IMG/VR virus record: IMGVR_UViG_3300022744_000002
Coordinates: 1-64,000 of that record
Source of the DNA: a virus
DNA: 64,000 bases
Direction: 5' to 3' (one strand)
The notes below the pieces were generated by a model that did not search any database, was not told the origin of the DNA, and saw only the letters and a list, made by a program, of their open reading frames with translations. Of this stretch, positions 41,612-49,330 are shown one piece after another; within the stretch, counting starts at the first letter, position 1, and each line of letters starts with the position of its first letter. A program made the translations under genes and the position numbers.

Positions 41612-41943
41612 AGAACATCGAGCTGGTCCGCCAGCGCTCCAACAACCAGTGCGAGGCGCTGGTCTGGATCGAGTCTGCTGAGGTCTGGGCACGCTGCGCG
41701 GCCCGTCCCGTGGAGGTCCACCACGCGCTCACTAAGGCCCGCGGTGGGACGATCCTGGACTCCATCGGGGAGACCCACCACCTCATCGCTCTGTGTCACA
41801 GATGTCACGGCTTGGCCGATGGTGGCGATGCCTACATGGGCGGGGTGCTCATGGACGGCTATGTCTCCCGCGACGGAGACTGGATCGTCTACGACGGCTC
41901 TGATCCCTATCTGTCCGAGAAGTACCCGAGGAGAGACGCATGA
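41608..41943 (+). CDS. HNH endonuclease
   Basis: CEA...VEVHHALTKARGG...HLIALCHRCHG. ATGA overlaps on both sides. Confidence 0.75.
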   Translation: MKNIELVRQRSNNQCEALVWIESAEVWARCAARPVEVHHALTKARGGTILDSIGETHHLIALCHRCHGLADGGDAYMGGVLMDGYVSRDGDWIVYDGSDPYLSEKYPRRDA

Positions 41944-42497
41944 CGCGCGGAAAGTATGGTGCTCGCGCCGAGATCAGAAGGGCCGAGGCTGAACTGACGA
42001 CCACCACAGCCACCTATCAAGCGGCTGTCGCTCGGTTAACGTCCGAGAACGCTGCTCTCATTGAGAAGCTTGCCAATCTTGATGAGCTCTATCGTAAGGA
42101 GATGCGCGCCCTCAAGGCTCGACTCAATGAGGGACTGTCACCTGAGTTAACGGCCTACCAGATCAAGGTAGATGAGCTGAGGGAGAAGCTGGACGAGGCC
42201 CGGCGCTTGCGCAGGAAGTGGGAGAAGCAGCGCGACCTAGACATTCGGATGCTCATCGCCACTCTCAGGGCTGACGGCTGGATGGGACAGGAAGCATTGG
42301 ATTGGGTTCTCTCCTGGCACACGGGAGGAGAAAAGGTGGCGGTCATCCGGCATGGATCCACCGAGCACTCCAAGTCCGCGGAGCAGGTGATAGCCATCCA
42401 GCGCGCAGAGGGGCTGCGCTCGCCCAACCCGCGGTACGAGGACAAGGAATGGCGTGCACGGTTCGAGAAGGCCTTGGCCACAGGGAGAGTCGTATGA
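41940..42497 (+). CDS. Coiled-coil protein (185 aa)
   Basis: Heptad-rich N-terminal two thirds. Confidence 0.55.
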   Translation: MTRGKYGARAEIRRAEAELTTTTATYQAAVARLTSENAALIEKLANLDELYRKEMRALKARLNEGLSPELTAYQIKVDELREKLDEARRLRRKWEKQRDLDIRMLIATLRADGWMGQEALDWVLSWHTGGEKVAVIRHGSTEHSKSAEQVIAIQRAEGLRSPNPRYEDKEWRARFEKALATGRVV

Positions 42498-42814
42498 GAA
42501 TCAAGCACCGCGTCCCCACGCAGGCGTTCGAGAAGTCCGCCGAGATCAGCGAGGAGTACCAGCGCGAGGTGGACCGAGCGACAGCCCGGCTGGAGAAGGC
42601 CTACCACCAGGCGCAGAAGCGCCTCCTAGTAGCCGAGCACAAGGCTGAGAAGCTCCAGCACTCGAAGAAGGCCAAGCCCCACGACATCAAGGTGGCGTGG
42701 GCGCTGGTCGAGCTCCGGAGGCTCGAGCTCAACAAGTACGAGCGGATGCTCATGACCTCCCCGCAGCCAGCCGCTAACCGCGGGACCAAGTCCTTTCGAC
42801 CCATCGCTCTCTAG
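42494..42814 (+). CDS. Hypothetical helical basic protein (106 aa)
   Basis: Internal ATG at 42494 overlaps the previous stop. Confidence 0.5.
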   Translation: MRIKHRVPTQAFEKSAEISEEYQREVDRATARLEKAYHQAQKRLLVAEHKAEKLQHSKKAKPHDIKVAWALVELRRLELNKYERMLMTSPQPAANRGTKSFRPIAL

Positions 42815-42823
42815 GAGAGACGC

Positions 42824-42973
42824 ATGAAGCTGAGCTATATCGACTTCGACTCTAGCGGGAAGCCGTACTGGCACGCGGAGACGAACAACGGCGACTACGA
42901 CGGGGCAGGCACGACACCCATCGACGCCGTGTGCGCAATGGTCAACCAGATGGAAAGAGAGTTGAAACTGTGA
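42824..42973 (+). CDS. Small hypothetical protein (49 aa)
   Basis: GGAGAGA RBS. MKLSYIDFDSSGKPYWHAETNNGDYDG... Below the track cutoff. Confidence 0.4.
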   Translation: MKLSYIDFDSSGKPYWHAETNNGDYDGAGTTPIDAVCAMVNQMERELKL

Positions 42974-43170
42974 TCCAGATCTACACCGCCCTGCAGATGA
43001 CCCAGGACGACCAGTCCAAGCGCGTGGGGATGGTCATGGACGCAGCCGACGCCTTTGCGCTGGCCACCATCCTGATCAACCTCGGACCACAGGACACTCC
43101 ACCGGCATGGGCTCCCTACATGACCGAGATTACCCGTCAGCTGATCGGTAGGGGCAACGCATGTCTATGA
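42970..43170 (+). CDS. Hypothetical protein (66 aa)
   Basis: GTGA overlap with the previous small ORF. Confidence 0.45.
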   Translation: MIQIYTALQMTQDDQSKRVGMVMDAADAFALATILINLGPQDTPPAWAPYMTEITRQLIGRGNACL

Positions 43171-43376
43171 CCCAAATCCCCCGGGAGTGGGGCGACCAGA
43201 AACACTTCACCGATGAGGTGCTGCGGCTGGCCGCCGTGAACGTGCCTGCCTACATCATCGCTGAGCTGCGTTCATCGTTCGAGCACTGGAAGGCCGAGAA
43301 CAACTGGCCTGAGGATGCCGAGCCCATGTGGACGATCCGCTGGACGTACCTGGAGATCACCGAGGAGCAGATGTGA
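43161..43376 (+). CDS. Hypothetical protein (71 aa)
   Basis: ORF track. Trp/Glu-rich. Confidence 0.55.
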   Translation: MSMTQIPREWGDQKHFTDEVLRLAAVNVPAYIIAELRSSFEHWKAENNWPEDAEPMWTIRWTYLEITEEQM

Positions 43377-44140
43377 GCCTCAAGTCTCAGATCAAGGCCG
43401 TCAACTCCGGCCTGCCGATCACTGTCATGCACGAGAAGTGGGTCTCGGAGAATCCCGAGCCCGTCTACTCGGTTCAGGCCAGGGCGTTCGCCACGGGTCA
43501 GTTGGCGGGCATCACGGGCTCCCAGCGCCGTCGCAAGCGCATGTTTCGGGCCTCGAGCACTCACACCTGCAAGCGCCGGCAGGTGCTGGCCTTCATCGGG
43601 CACCCTGCGCGCAAGGAGGAGATCACCTCCACGCTGGGCAACATCTTCGCCACCGGCAACTTCATGCACCTGAAGTGGCAGATGACGGGCCTGACGGCAG
43701 GTTGGCTGGCTGAGGCTGAGGTCCCGATGGACCGCGACGACCTCAATGCCGGAGGCACCGCTGACGGCGTGCTCTACACAGGTGGTGGGTTCGAGTACAA
43801 GACCATCAACGACCGCGGCTACACCTGGGTCATGACCAGCGGGATCAAGGAGGACCACCAGGAGCAGGTGGACAACTACATGTTCCTCGGGGACCTCGAC
43901 CACTACTCGATCGTCTACGAGAACAAGAACAATGGGGAGTGGCGGGAGTTCCGCAGGGAGCGCGACGAGGCGAACATGAAGCGGGTGGTCAGGCGGTTCG
44001 AGGAGCTCAATGAGTTCGTCTCCGACCGCAAGCTGCCGCCCGTGCTCGACGACTGCCGCGCGGAGACCGGGGTCAAGTTCCGGCAGTGCCCGTTCCGGGA
44101 CACCTGCCTCAAGCTGAAAATGTTTCCGAGGGCCGTGTGA
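43373..44140 (+). CDS. Cas4/RecB-family PD-(D/E)xK exonuclease with Fe-S cysteines
   Basis: N-terminal Cys (THTCKRR), nuclease core GGTADGVLYTGGGFEYKT, HQEQVDNY, C-terminal C-x10-C-x5-C. GTG at 43373 overlaps the previous stop. Confidence 0.75.
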   Translation: MSLKSQIKAVNSGLPITVMHEKWVSENPEPVYSVQARAFATGQLAGITGSQRRRKRMFRASSTHTCKRRQVLAFIGHPARKEEITSTLGNIFATGNFMHLKWQMTGLTAGWLAEAEVPMDRDDLNAGGTADGVLYTGGGFEYKTINDRGYTWVMTSGIKEDHQEQVDNYMFLGDLDHYSIVYENKNNGEWREFRRERDEANMKRVVRRFEELNEFVSDRKLPPVLDDCRAETGVKFRQCPFRDTCLKLKMFPRAV

Positions 44141-44262
44141 CACCCGAGGCCGACGTCTTCGTCATCTGCGCCATGTGCATCGCCATCGCTTGGGGTGTGG
44201 TGGCGGCAGGGATCGTTGGTTTCTACATCTGGAAGAAGGTGCGCGATGGCCGTTCGGATTAG
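44137..44262 (+). CDS. Very small single-TM ORF (41 aa)
   Basis: VTPEADVFVICAMCIAIAWGVVAAGIVGFYIWKKVRDGRSD. GTG overlaps the previous stop. Speculative. Confidence 0.25.
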   Translation: MTPEADVFVICAMCIAIAWGVVAAGIVGFYIWKKVRDGRSD

Positions 44263-44650
44263 GCGCAGCACCGAGAGGGATATCCAGTTCGGCCGCACCC
44301 TGACACAGGTGGAGACCGAGTACGGGCTGGACTCCGTGGAGCACCTGTGGGCCGAGCTCCAGGGCTACGTGGACGTGCTGCTTGGTCGCAAGGAGTCGCC
44401 CATCGACTCGCCCTACCTCAGCCTGATGGAGGTCGCCACCGCCTACTACGCCCGTGCGCAGGAGATGGACATGCGCATCCACGCGGCCGAGCGCGAGGGG
44501 ATCGTCCACCGCGGCTCCCCGCTCTACAAGTTCCGCACCGGGGAGCTCAAGGCCTTCATCGAGCTGGCCCGCAAGTGCGCGGACCTCGGCTCCCGCAGGC
44601 TCACCCAGGAGGCCCTGCTCTCCGACGCCAGAAGGATGGACTCGATCTGA
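44246..44650 (+). CDS. Hypothetical protein (134 aa)
   Basis: Internal ATG at 44246 (MAVRIRRSTERD...). No motif recognised. Confidence 0.5.
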   Translation: MAVRIRRSTERDIQFGRTLTQVETEYGLDSVEHLWAELQGYVDVLLGRKESPIDSPYLSLMEVATAYYARAQEMDMRIHAAEREGIVHRGSPLYKFRTGELKAFIELARKCADLGSRRLTQEALLSDARRMDSI

Positions 44651-44985
44651 TGCGAATCGAACTGCTGGAGAAGCGTGAGGACGGCATACACACCGTGGGG
44701 CTCTACAAGCTGGTCAGCGACTCCTTCTTCGAGATGACCAGCCTGGACCATGGGCCGAGGCTGGTCAGCGGCTACACCCTGAACTGGGAGTGGACGGGCG
44801 AGAAGCGCACCCTCACCCACATCGGCTTCTTCCCCGACATGGAGTACACCGGCGTCGTCAGCGAGCTGTCCTCTCCGCTGGAGGTCAAGAAGGGGCAGGT
44901 GGTGACCTTCCGAGCGGGGAGCATCACCATGGCCATGAACATGGACGCTGGCTCAGGAATCACCGTCATCAAGGGAGCAGCATGA
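44650..44985 (+). CDS. Hypothetical protein (111 aa)
   Basis: Internal ATG at 44650 overlaps the previous stop (TGATG). Confidence 0.5.
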   Translation: MRIELLEKREDGIHTVGLYKLVSDSFFEMTSLDHGPRLVSGYTLNWEWTGEKRTLTHIGFFPDMEYTGVVSELSSPLEVKKGQVVTFRAGSITMAMNMDAGSGITVIKGAA

Positions 44986-45743
44986 CCGAGATCTCGCACT
45001 ACAACATCGTTGTCGCCACCCCGGGAACCATGCTGACGGCCGGCTACGTGAAGTCCCTCGTGGAGACCTTCGATGCCATCCGCAATCAGGGGCTCACCTG
45101 TATGTGGCTCAACGCTGGTGGCTCCCACGTCGGGGTGACCCGCGAGCGGACGGTGTGCGGGACGGACTACGCCAACAACCGGATCGCCAAGGTCATGAAC
45201 GGGGCGTTCACCTACGACAAGCTCTTCTGGATCGACTCGGACATCTCCTGGAAGATCTCCGACTTCGCCAAGCTGTCCAACTCTGACCTCGACATCGTCT
45301 CGGGCGCCTACATGATGGCCGACCATGTCGTGGTGCTTAGCCGCCAGTCCTGGGGTGGGCTGATGCCCTACGAGGAGTTCATCACCTACAAGGAGCCCTT
45401 CGCTGTCGCGTCGGTGGGCTTCGGGTTCGTCTGCATGAAGGCCGGGGTGATGGAGTCCATCCCCAAGCCGTGGTTCGGCGCGGTGCCGGAGAACGATCGC
45501 TTCCTCGTGGGTGAGGACATCTCGTGGTGCCTGAAGGCCCGTAGGGCGGGCTACCAGATCATCGTGGACCCGAGCGTGCGGGTGGACCACTGCAAGTCGA
45601 TCATCGTGGACTGGCCGTCAGAGCCTGCTGTGGAGGTCGTTCCAGCGGAGCCAGGCCATGTCCCAGCTGAAGTGCTCGTTGACGTCCTCAGCCTGGGTGC
45701 CGGGGACCCACAGCCCGCTCCTGACGATGCCGATGGCCTCTGA
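44982..45743 (+). CDS. Glycosyltransferase family 2-like protein
   Basis: NIVVATPG N-terminus, DxD-like WIDSDISW, GEDISWC. The last ~42 codons are antisense to the end of the convergent gene. Confidence 0.55.
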   Translation: MTEISHYNIVVATPGTMLTAGYVKSLVETFDAIRNQGLTCMWLNAGGSHVGVTRERTVCGTDYANNRIAKVMNGAFTYDKLFWIDSDISWKISDFAKLSNSDLDIVSGAYMMADHVVVLSRQSWGGLMPYEEFITYKEPFAVASVGFGFVCMKAGVMESIPKPWFGAVPENDRFLVGEDISWCLKARRAGYQIIVDPSVRVDHCKSIIVDWPSEPAVEVVPAEPGHVPAEVLVDVLSLGAGDPQPAPDDADGL

Positions 45744-46541
45744 CAGGGAGTAGGCGAAGCCCTCAATGTCGGCGTCCCGCTCGTCTGGCCCCTTCATCGG
45801 CACGACCATGCCGTGCCCCAGCGAGGTCTCCGGGAGAGCGCCCTGGTCGTTGATCACCGTCAGCAGGTTGGCCGACAGTGCCTCGATCTGGACGAGGCAG
45901 GACGTCTCCTCCCAGTAGCCCGGGTAGGCGTGGATGTGCGCCTGCGCCATGTGCTTGAGCACCGTGGCATGGGGAGTCGGGCCGTAGAAGGTGAACCGGG
46001 GGTCCAGCACGACGTCCTCGATGCCCTCGAGCGCCGCGGTGTCGGGGTTGAAGTCGTTGAAGATCTGCAGCTCGAAGTCGTCGTCGATCATGTGGGCCGC
46101 GGGGATGAGGATCTCCATCCCCCGGTCCTGGGTGGAGGCGTGGATGATCCGGATCTTGCGAGGCTTGTAGTTGAACCGGGTGATGTCGTTCTCCACCGGG
46201 TGAATGGCGTTGGGGATGACCACGAACTTCTCAGGATCGACCTCGGTGGTGGCGATCATCCGCTCGCGGTGCCACTCGGATGGGACGATGACGAACTTGA
46301 GGTCCTCCAAGAACAGTGGGTCCTTGAACAGCATCCCCGCTTCCTGAGGCAGCTGGGTCAACGGGTTGTGCAGCCACAGGATGACCGGCCGGGTCTGCTG
46401 GTAGAAGTAGCTCATCTCCCCCGGGATGATCAACAGTTTGTAGTTCTGGAACTTGGGCAGGGTGGGCAGGATCCACTTGTTGACCCCGCGCGCCATGTAC
46501 TCGGTGCCGCCGTTGGCCAGGTGGTTCAGGGGGAACGTCAC
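45618..46541 (-). CDS. Glycosyltransferase (GT-B, group 1-like)
   Basis: C-terminal EETSCLVQIEALS region resembling the E-x7-E motif. Overlaps the start of... the methyltransferase stop by 4 nt. Confidence 0.55.
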   Translation of the reverse strand: MTFPLNHLANGGTEYMARGVNKWILPTLPKFQNYKLLIIPGEMSYFYQQTRPVILWLHNPLTQLPQEAGMLFKDPLFLEDLKFVIVPSEWHRERMIATTEVDPEKFVVIPNAIHPVENDITRFNYKPRKIRIIHASTQDRGMEILIPAAHMIDDDFELQIFNDFNPDTAALEGIEDVVLDPRFTFYGPTPHATVLKHMAQAHIHAYPGYWEETSCLVQIEALSANLLTVINDQGALPETSLGHGMVVPMKGPDERDADIEGFAYSLSEAIGIVRSGLWVPGTQAEDVNEHFSWDMAWLRWNDLHSRL

Positions 46542-47269
46542 ATCAGCTCCTTGATCGCGTCGGGGGAGAACGCCACCCAGTTCGAGCAGCGAAAGAAGTC
46601 GTTGTCGGTGTACTGGAAGTTGGCCCAGTTGATGCCCTCCTTGGTGAGCCGGCCGAGCTTGTAGCCCAGACCTGAGAGGTAGTCCCAGAAGTCCTTGAGG
46701 ACCACGTGCATGTCAGCGGTGGTGTAGCCGTACTCGAACTGCACGACCTCGATCTTGTTGCCGCTGAGCATCTCCTCGAAGCCATGGAGGACCTTCCAGT
46801 CCCAGCCCTCCGTGTCGATCTTGCACAGGTGGATGAGGTCGATGCCCTTGGACTTGCAGTAGCCGTCCCCGGTGACGGTGACGGCCTGCTCCATGACCGG
46901 GGGGTAGGTCAGGTCCCAGTAGTCGGTGTCGAGCAGGGTGTTGACCCCTTCGTGCCCGGGGAACCTTCGGTAGGGATAGGTATTGGACTCGTCTCCCAGC
47001 CCGAAGGCGTTGACAGTGACGTTTCCCCGCCAGCCGTAGCGCTCGTGCAATCGACTCCACATGGTCCCGGAGATCTCGAACAGGTGCGCCTCGACCAGCT
47101 GGGTGGCGTTCTCCAGCAGGAACCCGGTGTAGTCCCCGCGGTTGGCGCCGACGTCGAAGAAGACGAAGGGGTCAGCGTTCTGGCGCATGGTCAGCCAGGA
47201 CTTGATCAGCCCCTCCTCCCCGGAGTCCGCCAGCTCATAGGGGAAGTGATTATCAGGATCAGTGGGCAT
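46538..47269 (-). CDS. FkbM-family methyltransferase
   Basis: FFDVGANRGDY SAM-binding motif and CKIDTEGWD motif. Confidence 0.7.
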   Translation of the reverse strand: MPTDPDNHFPYELADSGEEGLIKSWLTMRQNADPFVFFDVGANRGDYTGFLLENATQLVEAHLFEISGTMWSRLHERYGWRGNVTVNAFGLGDESNTYPYRRFPGHEGVNTLLDTDYWDLTYPPVMEQAVTVTGDGYCKSKGIDLIHLCKIDTEGWDWKVLHGFEEMLSGNKIEVVQFEYGYTTADMHVVLKDFWDYLSGLGYKLGRLTKEGINWANFQYTDNDFFRCSNWVAFSPDAIKELM

Positions 47270-47305
47270 GGCCTGACCCTAGCGCACCTTCCACTGCGAT
47301 GAGAG

Positions 47306-47333
47306 TTGACACGGACAGTTCATCTGCTAGATT
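47306..47333 (+). promoter_or_regulatory. Consensus-like promoter for the rightward tail-fibre block
   Basis: TTGACA (47306-47311), 16-nt spacer, TAGATT (47328-47333). Confidence 0.5.
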
Positions 47334-47472
47334 CCTCCCACTGCACCAAGGACCGACTACCGGTGGCCCGCAAGGGTGGGATGTCGGAGCGAAGTTGTAG
47401 GGGTCACCTTCCCCTCACTCCTCGGGGCAGCAGGCAAGACGTCGGCCCTCGGGCACGGGTTAAGCCGAGGAC

Positions 47473-47513
47473 CGGACCGCAGCCCTTCGGGGAAGAGCGG
47501 TCCGTTTCCTTTT
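47473..47513 (+). terminator. Intrinsic terminator-like hairpin inside the leader of the tail-fibre block
   Basis: CGGACCGC (47473-47480) pairs with GCGGTCCG (47497-47504), followed by TTTCCTTTT. Confidence 0.55.
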
Positions 47514-47553
47514 GTGGCGTGACCTCCTCAGTAGCCTTGTGGTGGAGGTACCT

Positions 47554-47970
47554 ATGCCTAATCCCGCCGTCGCCACCGTGGACTTCTACTCCGAGCAGGG
47601 GTCCACGTTTCGCCGTCGCCTCTGGTACGGATGGAGCACCAAGCCGCCTGAGCAGGTGCTCTCCATTGCTGACATCGACGAGATGTACGACCTGTCCGAG
47701 TGCGAAGCCCAGATGTACGTACGGACCTATGACCGCACCACCATCGTCCAGAAGCTCACGACCGCGGACGGGTCGATCATCCTCAATGCCGTCCAGGGGT
47801 CCATCGATCTGTACGTCTCGGCTGCTGACACGGACCTGTGGCTGGACAAGAAGTACCGGCACGACCTCGAGCTGACCTATCCCCCGGTCCTGCCGGCCAC
47901 CGAAGGGGACATCATCAAGAAGTACCGGGGAACGATCTTCAATGAGCTGACCAACACCCGGGACGCCTGA
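47554..47970 (+). CDS. Hypothetical virion-associated protein (138 aa)
   Basis: ATG at 47554 lies 6 nt after GGAGG. First gene of the tail-fibre-like block. Confidence 0.55.
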   Translation: MPNPAVATVDFYSEQGSTFRRRLWYGWSTKPPEQVLSIADIDEMYDLSECEAQMYVRTYDRTTIVQKLTTADGSIILNAVQGSIDLYVSAADTDLWLDKKYRHDLELTYPPVLPATEGDIIKKYRGTIFNELTNTRDA

Positions 47971-48500
47971 TGCCCGAGATCGTCGCCGTACCTGCTCCCC
48001 AGGTCACCGACGTCTGGGTGGTCGAGAACCACGAGATCGAGTACCTGGGGCTGGAGCCCCAGCCGCCCGTCGAGCTCATCGTCGTCGAGCAGGTCGAGGT
48101 CGTGGCCCTGGTGGACACCGGCAAGGGCGATCCAGGCCCTCAGGGGCCTGTAGGGCAGTCGGTGATCCCGTTCGCCCGCGACTACCAGCTTGAGGTCACC
48201 ACGGGCGTACAGCCCTTCAGGTTCCCGTTTGCAGGCACTTTGCTGGGCATCTCGGCCTGTCTGGGCATTCCCGCCACCGGCTCCCCGGTGGTCCTCGACC
48301 TCAACATCGACGGGGTGAGCATCTTCACCGACCAGAACGACCGGCCCGCCATCCCCGCGACCGCCATCGACCTGCCCGAGATCGCCCTTAATGTCCCATT
48401 TGTGAGTGGAAATCGGCTCACAATCGACGTGGATGACATCGGTAGTACGTTTGCTGGTGAGGACCTAACCGTCTTCGTCAGGTACGAGCAAGCGGTCTAG
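47970..48500 (+). CDS. Tail-fibre-associated protein with a short collagen-like G-x-y run
   Basis: GKGDPGPQGPVGQ. ATGA overlap with the previous gene. Confidence 0.5.
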   Translation: MPEIVAVPAPQVTDVWVVENHEIEYLGLEPQPPVELIVVEQVEVVALVDTGKGDPGPQGPVGQSVIPFARDYQLEVTTGVQPFRFPFAGTLLGISACLGIPATGSPVVLDLNIDGVSIFTDQNDRPAIPATAIDLPEIALNVPFVSGNRLTIDVDDIGSTFAGEDLTVFVRYEQAV

Positions 48501-48510
48501 GAGGCCCACC

Positions 48511-48639
48511 GTGACCACTGTGAACGGCAAGGAGATCCCACCCGGCGCCCAGGTGCTCATCCTCATCCCCGAGGCATCGGGAGAGGTCACCAAGGCGGCA
48601 GACATCGCGGCCGCAGCGGCGGCGGAGACCAAGGAGTAG
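48511..48639 (+). CDS. Small hypothetical protein (42 aa)
   Basis: GTG preceded by TAGGAGG. Below the track cutoff. Confidence 0.35.
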   Translation: MTTVNGKEIPPGAQVLILIPEASGEVTKAADIAAAAAAETKE

Positions 48640-48642
48640 GCA

Positions 48643-49044
48643 ATGGCAACACTGGGCACCTCGAACTTCCTCAACAATGGCTGGCTCAACACCATCAAGA
48701 GCACCGGCACCAGCTTCAACGTGGCCGGCGCCATCGGTGTCGTCCTGCACACCGGCATTCCGGGTGCCACCGGCGCGAGCTTCGTCTCCAGTCAGTCGGA
48801 GAAGCACGCGATCACGTTCCTGTCGAGCACCCTGTCGGTACTCACCCAGACGGGCACCCCGCAGTGGACCAACTGGACCGGCACCAACGGCGAGGTCGTC
48901 AGCCACATTTCGGTGTGGGACACCTCGGGCACCGGTGGCAACTGCCTGTGGACTGCGCAGCTCTCGGCGTCCAAGACCATCAACACCGGCGACACCTTCA
49001 CGCTGTCCTCCTCCTCCCTGACGATCGCCAGCGCGTCCAACTAG
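48643..49044 (+). CDS. Small tail-fibre-region protein (133 aa, conserved LHTG.PG..G type)
   Basis: The pattern VVLHTGIPGATGA...ISVWDTSGTGGNCLW...GDTFTL resembles a family commonly found next to phage fibre genes. Confidence 0.5.
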   Translation: MATLGTSNFLNNGWLNTIKSTGTSFNVAGAIGVVLHTGIPGATGASFVSSQSEKHAITFLSSTLSVLTQTGTPQWTNWTGTNGEVVSHISVWDTSGTGGNCLWTAQLSASKTINTGDTFTLSSSSLTIASASN

Positions 49045-49094
49045 CGCGCAGGACGCTGGGCTGCCCTCCCAGCGCCCAGGAGGAGGGGTGAGTC

Positions 49095-49328
49095 GTGGCC
49101 TACGTGCATGACCCTGACTGCCCGCACACCAAGCACGCTTGCGGGTTCATCGTCCCGGTGGGGCAGGACTGCAAGTTCTGTGCGGCCATCGTGGTCTCCA
49201 AGGCTGCCGGCCGGGACGACATGCTCGCCATCCTCTCCTCGGACCCCAACCCGACCGTCGCCCTGGCGGGGGTCAACGCCGCCTCCCTGTGCATCTACAC
49301 CCTGCCGTCAGCCCTTGAGGAGATGTAG
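49095..49328 (+). CDS. Small Cys-containing protein (77 aa)
   Basis: GTG start. DCPHTKHACG...CKFC. Confidence 0.5.
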   Translation: MAYVHDPDCPHTKHACGFIVPVGQDCKFCAAIVVSKAAGRDDMLAILSSDPNPTVALAGVNAASLCIYTLPSALEEM

Positions 49329-49330
49329 CC

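Noticed and set aside
47306-47875. Track ORF of 189 aa starting at the proposed promoter.
   Set aside because: It starts with TTG inside the -35 element, is Ser/Arg/Pro-rich, and is out of frame with the well-supported gene 47554..47970.
47970-48500. Collagen-like tail fibre call based on GKGDPGPQGPVGQ.
   Set aside because: There are only four G-x-y triplets, too short to claim a collagen triple helix. I kept the gene as a generic fibre-region protein.
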